Part shown: positions 37,401-48,459 of the stretch, piece by piece | Position numbering within the stretch: position 1 is the stretch's first letter | Layout of the letters: each line of letters begins with the position of its first letter | NCBI RefSeq assembly: GCF_000497125.1 | Contig: NC_090600.1 | Coordinates: forward strand, 868,001 to 916,459 | Direction: 5' to 3' | DNA from: Spironucleus salmonicida | Taxonomy: Eukaryota | Length of the DNA: 48,459 nt | Made by a program: the position numbers and the translations under genes | The notes under the pieces: model-generated | Database searches by the model: none | What the model was told of the DNA's origin: nothing | Seen by the model: only the letters and a program-made list of their open reading frames with translations

Positions 37401-40400
37401 GACACCCATCCCCCGTGTATCCTGGAAGGCAGAACCCCGCACATATCAGGCGCCCGGACGCATCAACGTAGCACCGGTCTCCCTGGCATTTTTCGCAAAG
37501 CTCCAAGCACTCGGCCCCAATGTTTATGAAGCCGGCCCAGCACCCCTGACAAGACGGACCCTGGAAATTATCTTTGCACGACGAGCAGACGATGCTACCG
37601 TTCTCGTAAAAGCAGTCTCCATTGCAGCCGTCGCATCTCACCAGGCACTGACCCAAGAAGCTACCGGTCCCCGCTTAGCACGAGTCGCACTGCTTTCCAA
37701 CCGCATATTGGTTGCAGCGGCAGGTCTAGTCGTGCTGGCAAACCCCGTTAATGCAATTAGTTGGGAGGCACTGAAAAATACACTGAGCCCCAACAAGGAG
37801 ATAATCCTGCGCGCACGAAAAGCAAATGGTCTCCAGAGCTATTTTGATGCATTTGCCATGTTCTATTTTCTCATCTTCAAGATTATGGCAAACCTCTCCA
37901 TATAACCATTTATCCGCTGGACACTCATCGCACCTATTTCCAGCAATGCCTGCATTGCATGAAAAGCACTTAATGTCACATTTATCTGGAGGTAGCATGC
38001 ATTCCTAGAGATAATAGCAGTCGCCAGTTAGGCATTCTGCACATTTTTTCAAGCAGAGCTCGCCATCTGCCTTAAAACCTGAATCACATTCCTGGCATTT
38101 GGGCGCTTTCCAGCCGATCTTACATGCAGAACATTCCCATTCACCACCATTACCGCTTAAATACACGCACCCAGCACCTTACGCGCATGCTCCGGTCAGG
38201 CAGACATTTTTACAGCCTTTATCGCTGCTTTTCGTACAGAACTGACAGCTTATTCCACCGAAGTGATCTCCACAGTGGCAATCCCCGTCCTCGCATCGAT
38301 TGCCATTACATTCCTGAGAATTTTTACATACAAAACCATCACAAATACCGTCAATACTGAAATAGCCATCAGAACAAACACAAAAGTTGTCAAGGACTTA
38401 TCCATGGAAGCACTGAGATTTTTAATCTCCAATACAGGTTGCAAATCCTGTGCTCGCATCGCAACTAGTAGCCCCACCAATGCAGAAGGTGCAAAGGTCA
38501 ATCTCACATTTATCACCGGAATAACCTGGTCTGCAAACACACCCAAAAATAGCACTACATGTACTACCTTTATTGCAAAAATCTGGAGGACATGTGTGGG
38601 TTTCGCAGTTCTTCCCACTGTAGTCTTAGTTACAAGTTAAAATTTTGCCATCGAAGATGCCGTGGCATTCACTATAACAAAGATTTTCTTGATTTTTAAT
38701 ATTTATTTGGACGCGTAGTAGTTCTTGTTGGATGAATGGTGGGATCTCAGGACTGGCGAGCTCCGCGAGGGAGGCTATTGAAACAGTAAAAAAATCTTAT
38801 AGGCGCACCATACCATCATTGCGGAAATCAACTATCCACTTTCCATCTTGTAATAGTTTGGTGACACCGGGACCTGATTACATTTCTGCTTTGCTGATTT
38901 ATTGAGGGCTACTGATTTTCCCGGTACCTATCAGAATATAAACGTTTATCATATTGCTGTTTCGCTCGGTGGATATGATAGGTACATCGCTTTAACAGAA
39001 TATCTCTGACGACTACTCAACAAAATTGATTATTTCATTATCTTGCGCTTCCTTTATCAGTAACACACATTTTTTGTTATTAGGGCTTATTAGTTTGAAA
39101 TTGACAAGCATGTTAATAAAAAATGATTTTAGCGCAGTTTGTGAAATTCCATTTATTATCCCTTATTATTTAAGCTAAATTTAACCACAAATAACCGCGA
39201 AGTTGAAGCTTATTTATTATATAAGGTCGGATATTCCGCTAAATTTATCAATTGAGACTTAACTAATTTCAATATTCTTCTAAATAATAATATGGTCAAT
39301 GTTTGCCTTTATCATATCTTATGCCAAGCCGAATATAACACTTTTTTCTACATTTACCCCATCTGATATAGTAATAAAATTGCAAAATGACATATTTAAC
39401 ATAAACATAGCTTCAATTTTTAGACTTAATGGATAATAATTTACAGCAGAGGCTGCATAACTTAAATGTGTATTGCAATTGAACGAAATGTTTGTAAATT
39501 TGCAGTTTGTTATTAATTTGCCCATCCCATAATTGCTGAAACTTCCATTCGTAGATCCACTAATAGATAAGTTTAGAGATACCATTGAAATTGTTACTTC
39601 ATCTAAACTATTGAAAAAATAAGCTATCTATTGAGACTTGCATTTTTCCATCTCTAACGTAGAATTTATTGAAACAAAACTTACCTAAATATTTTTAACA
39701 TTACTTTCTGCTAAAAGGATTGCTATAAATGGTGTATCAGTCATAGTTAGGGATGACTATATTGCAATATTTGAAATATCTGCATTTTCTTCCACTATTT
39801 AGGATAACTATGTTATTTTAGTGGCTGTTTTAGAGTTTGACTGTAAGTCTATTGTTATTTTCAAGTTCTTAAGATTTCCAATTAGCTGCTGGCAAATACT
39901 AAAAATAGTAGTATGGGTTAAAGCAGAACTAGTGCTAATGAAAATCATTATTTCAGATTTACTTATAGTTTTTGTGATTTAAGAAAATCCATAGATTAGT
40001 GAAATTTCTCGCCCAAAAATTTTAACATTAATATTTAATAAATCAACAAATGTTTACATTGATACTCCATAAATTTATGTCGTTTCCATGGCAGTAATTA
40101 TTACAGAAACTGGAAAAGCACCCATAAGGTCTTAGCAGATTCCAAAAATTGTAGATGCCATAGTAATACTTATAGTAACTGATAATGATGTAGATTTTAG
40201 ACTTTAAATACTTTTTGATATACCATATACGTTATATTGTGTTTTCAAGAAAGGAGTACATATAATAGAGAAATCGCAGCTTCTAAATTAAGATTCTATA
40301 ACTTAAGTAAAAAATGTGATCTCGGCTAGATTAGTAATTTTATCACTTTGAATTTTGAAAGAAGTGTCTTAAAATGAAGCTGTACTGAGTTGTTCCATAA

Positions 40401-40677
40401 CACGGAAAGAATCTAAGATATCAGTTTCTACAGAGATTCTTATATTACTAAGAATCCCAGTAAACTTTTAAATTAACATCCCACCTCCTGGTATACTTAA
40501 AATTGTAAGTGTATTTCTAGCTCCTGAAAGAGTTCCGTTAAAAAAATTAATTATGGCTGAGCTGGAAATTGTTAGACTGATATCTTTTTCTATAACAAAA
40601 TTATCATTTTACATAGTATTAAGTTGATAAAAACCATCGCCGTCAGAAAGTATAATCAAACTAAAAATAACTAGCAT
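34417..40677 (-). CDS. Giant Cys-rich membrane protein (2086 aa): signal peptide, Cys-poor beta-rich region, EGF/furin-like Cys repeats, ~11 TM helices, cytoplasmic tail
   Basis: Track fragments starting at 39585, 37998, 37656, 37209, 36951, 36411, 36030, 35682 and 35304 share one frame, broken only by TAA/TAG. No in-frame TGA in the 38581-40500 and 34417-35100 stretches I read. Starts MLVIFSLIILS; stop in AGTGA. Confidence 0.9.
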
Positions 40678-41540
40678 TTCTCATTTCAGTTTAATTATGT
40701 TCATAATATCAATTTATTGATTATTGCAAATTAATTTAAATCTATAAACAAAATTTAATATTGTATTATTATTGCGTATTAGAAAATTTTATAACTTATA
40801 GATTTATTATAGAGTTGAATAATAATTAATATGTGTTTAAGACTCTTTTTATTATTGATAATATAATTAAATATAAATTATTTATAGGCTAGCATATACA
40901 ATTATTTTTGAATTATAGAATAATACTTATATAATAGCTTAAGTTTATTTTTATTTTTATAATTATACACATATATTCAATTATTTCATACTTACATAAA
41001 ATCAAGTATAAAATTATTATTAACTAATAAATAATTATAGATTCTAGATATTTATATTTATTAAGAAAAGTATACTTACCATACCAAATATAATTTAATT
41101 CTAAGAGCTCTATATAAGTAAATAAGATATAATAATATTTATTTAGAAGTAATATCTTAATAGTTTATATAAATTTATATCAACTAAACATTATAATACA
41201 GTAATATATATTATTGTTAATTATCAAATATTATAATAAGACAAACAATGATTATTTTATTAATTATTCGTCATGTTAAAATTTCAAGATTATACATCAA
41301 GCTATATAATTTCACATGCGATACAACAAATTTAGTCGCCTTCTGCATAGTTGTAGATTCTAATAGCCAAGACAATAATTTATTAATTTGATATGCAAAT
41401 TCATTTATGTAGTTTTAATTAAAAATAGCTAATTCTATTGAAATAATACTTTAAATCACCAAATATCGAGTACGACATAATCTAGCAAATTTTAACATTC
41501 ACCTCTTGATCCGCTACAATATTTAGGAATATGCCACTTA

Positions 41541-41909
41541 TCAAAAGTCTGCATACGAGTCTTCAAGCAGATCACAACAGATATTCGTTCTTATATGTAA
41601 TGAATCATCTCTATTTTAAGATCTGACTTCAAAAATTCTTGATTTGTGCACCATTGGATTTATAGGCGATAACATAACTTCAATATATGAATTTGTCTAG
41701 CGCAGTGCATGATTTTGACTGATGAATGCTTCAGAAATAACTATCTTGTTGCTAGCTTCTTAATTGTTCATGTTGCCGATAAAGTAATGCTACCAAATAT
41801 ATTGTGTAAGCATCTTTTGTGCAAAATCCACAGAATTCTCCAGTCTTCCACACGCAGCTTAAATTCGCTCTACGATCTCTTATTGACAGTAATTTCTATG
41901 CCTAAACAT
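41541..41909 (-). CDS. Hypothetical protein, 122 aa
   Basis: MFRHRNYCQQEIVERIQAACGRLENSVDFAQKMLTQYIW...DLLEDSYADF*; the most protein-like of several open frames here. Confidence 0.45.
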
Positions 41910-42924
41910 AGATCTATCAATAATCTAAGCCACGAATACCAACCAATGCCATATTGCGCTATCTTGCAATGAATAAAATTGACTCTATCACCAACTACTC
42001 GTATTGCTCCAATATCAACCAAATGCCCTAATAACGCACACAACTCTTCACAGCAAGAAATCCGCAATAATTCCCTATAACTTTCCTAATTACCACTCCA
42101 GAAACTAAAACTGAATTCTGTACAATTGATTATATTACTTAAAATTAGCTAATTTTCCACTCCTAAACTGTATTTTTCAGTATTTTTTTTCGCGCTGGCC
42201 CCCGAAACGAAGCTGGAAAGTCCAAATTCAGTGAATTTCAGACCGTCTGAAACCAATTTTCCTGATTGTAAAACGCGAAATTAAGTGCCCAAATCCAAAC
42301 ATGTTCAAAACGCAATGTGACGTTTATTTCGACATTCGAATGCGAGTTATGGACATAATGGGATATGATGTTCGTTTTGCAGAAATTTTGACGATTTACC
42401 TTACAAAATTGATTAGAAATGTCCCAGAATTGGTCCATAAACTTGAATATCCTCGCTAAAATCAACTTTCAGCGCTGGAAGTTTTGCGGAAATTAGGCGG
42501 TCGGGAGAGCTGTTTTCGGAGTGAAGACAACCTCTAGAGTCGTTTTTAAAGTCTTTCAAGACATAGCTGGTGAAAAATGCAGAATTTCGGCACAAAATAA
42601 CCTTTGAAACCAGCTGCGCAAGTTAGTTTTCGCAGTGAGCAGAGGCTCATAGCGTCTTGCAATTTGCGTCCCTTGCAATTCGCATTCTAAGCCAATAAGT
42701 GCGGGTTAAATTGGTATTGGGAGCATTTGCGGCCTAAAACGTCTATCGCTGTACCGCACCATTTGCGAGCCTTTATGAGTAAAAGTCGCAACAAAATGAT
42801 GCGTTCTGAATATGCTAAACGAGTAAATGGTGAGTCCGGTCAGTGCTCAAAACCAGAGACTTTGGGGCTAAAAACCAGCAACTGGGAGTCCCCAAGAATG
42901 CAAAATTTTCGTTTAGGTTCATAT

Positions 42925-43470
42925 GGTGATTTAAATCGTTTAAAAGTTTAAATTTTTAAATCGTTAAAACCTCTAATTTAATCCCTTAAAGGATGTAATT
43001 TGAATTTTTAAAACACTTGAAGACGTAAATTTCAATCGTTAAAGCTTCTATTTATATATATTATGGGTTCTAATTTAAATCACTTAAATTGCTCTAATTT
43101 TAATTTCTTAAATACTTTAACCCATACCTTTAAAGACTGGAATTCATACCACTAAAGGCTCTAATTTGTATTGCTTAAATGCTGTAATTCCAATCAATTA
43201 AAAGCTGCAACTTAAACCCTTAAATACTTCAATTTGAATGAATAAACGGCGATAATTCAAATAACTTAAATCGCTCTAAGTTGAATTGCTTAAATATTCT
43301 AATTTAACTGTTTAAAGGTTCTAATTTGAATGACGTAAAGTCTTTAATTTAATCTTTAAAGGCGTAAATTGTAATTAATTAAAGACGTAAAATCAAACCC
43401 TTGAATACTCTAATTCCAGTCAACGTAAATGTCTCTAATTTTTAAATTTCTCAAATAGGTCTAATTCACA
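42925..43470 (+). repeat. Degenerate ~22-23-bp minisatellite, roughly 20-24 copies
   Basis: Units such as ctctaatttaatcccttaaagg, ctctaatttgtattgcttaaatg, ctctaagttgaattgcttaaata, ttctaatttaactgtttaaagg. Confidence 0.8.
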
Positions 43471-45168
43471 CCCCAAACGCTATTTTTTCAACCCGCTAAA
43501 CCATCAAATCCGTCCATTCCACGCCCTTTAAACCCCAATTCTACCTCAAACTCCCCCAAACCATCAAAAAGTCTGCTACCAAACGATTTCTGGAACCCCG
43601 CAAATGCAATTTTCCAAACCTCTCAAAGTGCTTAAACTGCTAAAATGCACGCCAGGAGCGCGAAATTAGCCTCTAAATTTAGTGCGTTCTGAGTGGAAAA
43701 TTACGCGTTTTGGAGATTTTCCAGTCAAAAAATTATGGCGAAATGCGATTTTTCTTTACTGAAAATAACGGAAAGACCGGACGGGTAATAGCAAAATTAT
43801 GAATTTTTAGCACTATTTAGAAGGTTCGAAAATGGAGAATAATTGCTGAAATCGGTGCGCGGGGGCTTCCCGTTTCGGTTTTTAGGGTTAGCGCAGGTCT
43901 GGAAGGAAATACTGATTATTATATGTTGAAATGTTAGTGTGAGATTTGGGATGGCAAATTTGGGGGATGTAGAGAAGGTAGAATTAGGGAAGTCGTGGAA
44001 TGTGGGAATGGGGTGGAAATGTAAGTTTTGTGCTTTTAAGGGTGGGAAATGGAGGTGGGGCGCGATTCTGTAGTGGGTGGTGTAATTGGGGGTGGTGAAA
44101 GATTGCGTTAATTTTAAAGTTTAGGGTGGAATTTTATGGGGGAACGAGAAGGGATTGAATAGGGGAAGTTTGTTATGAATAATAAGGAGGTTGGGGTTAA
44201 TTTTGGGTTAACATTTATTGGTAGTGAATGTCTAGTAATGTGTAAAGATAATATAAATGTGCTTAAGAGTAATAATAGAAATTTATGAATTTTGGTATTT
44301 TTATATCAAGCTAATAATTGATTTTGTCATTTTTTGATGTGGGTGTTTAATTAAATACTACTCAACAGGCTAGTAGTAATAATTATGTTACAATTATATA
44401 TGCTCCATTATTATTAAAACTAACTGATAAAAAGGAAAAACTCTAAGTTGAAGTGGTGATTTTGAAAATAAAAGATTATATGGAATAAATAAGAATATTA
44501 ATTTTTTCTGAGTAAACCCGTAATACTAAAATTAAAACTATTTAAAAGTGTTAAAAATATCCTTTTTAGTAAAAGGTTAATATTAATAAAATATAACACA
44601 CTATTACTGACTGGATCTCTAAAATTATTAAATTTTAAAATCTATTACTTTATGTTAACCTAAATCTTTATTTATTTTGGTTAGGTAAAAACATAATTTC
44701 GTATTTTTATAGATTTTCAGATTTATATATCAGTTTAGTGCATATTATTAACATTTAAATTGTTGTGTTTTTGTTACATAAACCAAAACTAAAGTTTATA
44801 TATATAAATATATTATATATAATCGTTCGAATAAGTATAATTAGAAATAATTATGATGATTATTTAAAAATTAGTTATATTTTGAGAACTGTTTAAAGTC
44901 AGTTACTCTGTCTAAAAATAATAACATGTTTTATTATACGCAATAAGATTTTATATTTAATAACTATCTGTTTTAATAATATATACTTACCTCTGTAAGT
45001 TAGTAATATTATCATTTTATTATTTTATAAGTATATATAATATAATGTTTCTCTTCCCATTATGTTATTATATTAATTACTTATAAATCTAATAATTGAA
45101 ACTATTTAAAAACCAAAAAATTGTAATATCTATTTATATTGTTATCACAATGTACATAACAATTAAAA

Positions 45169-46098
45169 ATGATCGTTGTTGTAAAATGTACGGAATCTAA
45201 AAATACGTGCCCTGTAGACAAATTTTGCCCAGCACCCGCCGAAGAGGAAATGGAATGTCTAGACTGCACTGATGATAAAATTGAATCAACTCAAGGGTGT
45301 AATTGTGTGGAGAAAGTTGCAATTAAAAGGTGCAAGGAATGCAATGAAGGATAATGCACAAAGTGCTTCGATAAGTCATTTATGAAAGCAGATGGCTCCT
45401 GCGAAGACTGTAGTTTTAACTGTGCTACCTGTGAGACTACCTAGGATAACTGTACCTCATGTAAGGCAGGATTTATATTGGATATGTAAACAAAAATGTG
45501 TGAAAGGACCTGCAAGTCCCACAAAGAATGCACAAGCAAGAATAGTGGTTACTGTGACTTCTCAGTGGGATAATGTAAAGCTTGCTCAGATGGTTGCCGC
45601 TCCTGTGCTTCCAAGACATTTTGTGCCTAATGTAATGACTCAGAGGGAAAACCAGTACTTACTATAGATGGTACATGCACAGCTGCTTGTGCTGGTATTT
45701 AAGATGGAAATTACTGCAAGAACGGAACTGCCACAAAATGTGAAGGTAGCATTACTTCAGAGTGTAAATGTGGTGAGAAAAAGAGCTGCGCTACTTGCAA
45801 TACTGACAGTTCAGCTTGTGAGACATGCCTACCGAATATTACTAAAACTGCAGATGGTGACTGTAGTGATTGTGCAGAAGGATACGAATCTGTTGGGCTC
45901 TTGTGCATATCAACATCTACATTGGAAAGTAATGGTACAAACCTTGGCGGGGGTGCAGTAGCAGGAATAATAGTTGGAGTTCTGGTAGTTCTAGGAGCTG
46001 TTGGAGGAGGTTTGACCTACTATTTCATCAAAAAGTCAAAAACATAGAAGTTCTAAGCAGGTATGGAGGAAAGCACATCGAAATAAGCTCCAGAGTGA
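45169..46098 (+). CDS. Cysteine-rich membrane protein (CRMP/VSP-like), 309 aa
   Basis: Many CXXC motifs; TM segment LGGGAVAGIIVGVLVVLGAVGGGLTYYFI followed by KKSK; stop in AGTGA. Confidence 0.93.
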
Positions 46099-46329
46099 AC
46101 ATAATTTTATGGTAAACATTGAATCTCAGAATAAGAAGAATTTTGCATAAATTTAAATATAATGTATGATTTTTACCTTACATATCTAGATAAACTTCAT
46201 TATTTTATGAAATAATGGAGAATAAGTGCTAATTAAATTATCTTAAATAAAACTTTAATATAACATAATTATAAATATAATTTAATTAAACTTGCGATAA
46301 AATTTAATAAAAGGACTAAATTACGGTGT

Positions 46330-46572
46330 ATGAATAAGTAAATACACTAAATATTATCAAATTTATCTAATAATTATGATACATCTGATATGATAATTCA
46401 ATTCACCTATGTTAAGGTAAATTAGATACTTCTTTTTGCATAAAACGACATTGATCCATGTGATTAATATTATATGTTCTACATGAAATTCGATGAATCA
46501 AGGCGAGTACGATACCCTAAAAATTTTATGGGAGTTATATGGAATTTAGTTAGAAATAAGCAGAATTAGTGA
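46330..46572 (+). CDS. Hypothetical protein, 80 aa (alternative in-frame ATG at 46207)
   Basis: MNKQIHQILSNL...VIWNLVRNKQNQ*; stop in AGTGA. Confidence 0.4.
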
Positions 46573-46593
46573 TATTTCGTCGTTCCACAAGAA

Positions 46594-46860
46594 ATGAAAA
46601 ACATCAGTCCAAGGCACCTCTTTATGAAGAAGTTGTCTCTTAAAGTATTACCATATATAAGGTAATAAAAAGTTAATAATGCCTCATTATCACCTGTTAG
46701 TCCTACACGATAGCATCATACACATAATATTTATAAAAATAAAAAAAGATATGACTCTCTAGATATTAGTCAAAGTAATATAACAGAATCATTAAATGAT
46801 CCTTATTCAGAGAGTAGTGAAATTTCTATTTGGGTTATAGACTCTATTTTTAAATAATGA
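46594..46860 (+). CDS. Hypothetical protein, 88 aa
   Basis: MKNISPRHLFMKKLSLKVLP...SESSEISIWVIDSIFKQ*; same frame as the preceding ORF. Confidence 0.5.
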
Positions 46861-48459
46861 TATTTTTGTGTGTAGTAATATTGAATATTGCTCTGAAGTG
46901 ATTAAAATAGTGATAAAATACGTTACTTAATATAATTTTATTAAATAAGGCAATTCTACACTACTATCAAGTTAAATATACCTCTTTTAACTACATAGTA
47001 ACATATAAATAATTATTTACCTGTTAATTGTAGTATTCATCCTGATACAACCTCAGTTTTCATTATAAAATAAATTACGTTACTACTAGGTAAACTTTAC
47101 ATATTAGAGTAAATAATTTTCCTTAAAGGCAAATAACACATTCCAATTTTCATAAAATGCTACTTATATTATGCGACAGCTCAATACGGAAAAATACAAA
47201 ATATCTAACAGTTAGCTAGTCTCACTTTTTAAATCCCAGACGCGGTTCATTATTATTTTAACTAAATATTATCCTAAATTATTAAGCGTATATATGTTTA
47301 TTTTATACTTTATTTCTAAAAACAATACACACTAAATTAAAATTGATGCGTATACCCTTAATTTTTCATTTCTATGAAGTTAAAACGTAAATTTTAGCTA
47401 ATATATAATATGAAAGCCCGATATAAATTAGCATAAACTTATAGAATACAAAATACGTACTTTTGAATGTTATGTTCTGCCATACTGGATTTCAACCAAA
47501 CCAGAAATTTACATTGCATTATTATATATTATTATAAATATATTTTCTGAAAATCTGTTTTTAAACATTTCACTTCGAAACATCCCAACCACAACATAAA
47601 AAAACTATTTCTATTCCTTATTTTTACTATTTAGCATGCAATCTACTTCAAATTTACTAAAACCAATTTTTATTATATTATATTACATTATTATACCCTA
47701 ATAATTATTAAAATTCCGCTCCTAATTTAAATATTTTTATCACATCATCAAAAATCCCGTAGAATTCTAATCAATTTTCATTATTATTATATCAAAATAT
47801 CATAGTTTCTAAAAATTTAAAACCGAATTGCACCATCAAGTTTACCATCTAAAGTTTACATTCCCCGCAATATCCAAAACTTTCCATTTCGCAATTCCTC
47901 AATTTGCAGACCATCGCCATTTTCGATTTCTACCAAATTTTCGATCTCAAATTGAGAAACAATTAGACTTTTCGCTTCCAAAACGCAAATTGCGGCCGTA
48001 ACGTTAAAATGCGAATTTTAGAAAACTGAAATTGCGAAAATTCGAGCCGCCGAATGCGTTTCTCTTGTCAGCTCGAAGCTGCGCTAAAGAATTTTTCTGG
48101 GGTTCAAATTTTACTTAATTTGAATTTTGACGTCGAAATCGGAAGAATGGCGCAATTTGGCGATTTGGGGGCTTAATGGTTTAGTTTTTGCACTATGTAA
48201 TAATAATCATTATTATATCAATTAGAGGTACTTGCTAGTTTCAAAATTTTGAGAATGGGCGAAAATTGGTAGTTTGGGTTGAATGTGTTAAATAATGAAA
48301 AATAATGCTAGTTCACATTTTTAGAGTCATAAGGTGTTAAGGGCGCAGAAAGTAATTACTCGTATCGGATTAATCGATTGCTTATGAGGAAATACGTAAC
48401 TTAGGGGTTGATTGCGTGAATATTTACTGTAAATGGGTTTTTGCAGCTGTTTAGCAAAC

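Noticed and set aside
41709-42250. Several overlapping ORFs on both strands
   Set aside because: None has recognisable features; only the 41541..41909 minus frame was kept, at low confidence.
1-48459. Apparent mass pseudogenisation (many in-frame TAA/TAG)
   Set aside because: TAA/TAG fall at Gln positions of conserved proteins (e.g. HPLQ in OTC, DQADCGSCW in cathepsin). This is the known hexamitid code.

Overview
AT-rich eukaryotic DNA that reads only with the TAA/TAG=Gln code (TGA as sole stop). Genes are compact and essentially intron-less, many stops fall inside AGTGA, and several starts have a C-rich CCACTCC motif upstream. This is a hexamitid diplomonad, most likely Spironucleus (inference). 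The supplied standard-code ORF track fragments almost every gene, so I re-translated by hand. Recognisable genes: ornithine carbamoyltransferase, IFT56/TTC26, Aurora kinase, two cathepsin B-like copies (one frameshifted), a PP2A-family phosphatase, a UBL-eS31 fusion, a PA28-like proteasome activator, tRNA-Cys(GCA), a CRMP-type surface protein and about a dozen hypotheticals. Most interesting: (1) a 2086-aa protein joining a huge Cys-rich ectodomain to what looks like a 10-TM DMT/SLC35F transporter; (2) a 1329-bp inverted repeat, carrying its own 108-aa ORF, that brackets IFT56; (3) a ~230-nt multi-stem ncRNA candidate near 31.1 kb; (4) a diverged PA28; (5) cathepsin copies with different pro-domains but an identical catalytic half plus ~1 kb of flank; (6) a 70x45-bp coding array; (7) a 47-aa metallothionein-like ORF; (8) gene-free C-rich to G-rich skew-switch blocks, one with a degenerate ~22-bp satellite. 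All family calls come from motif recognition by eye, not database searches.
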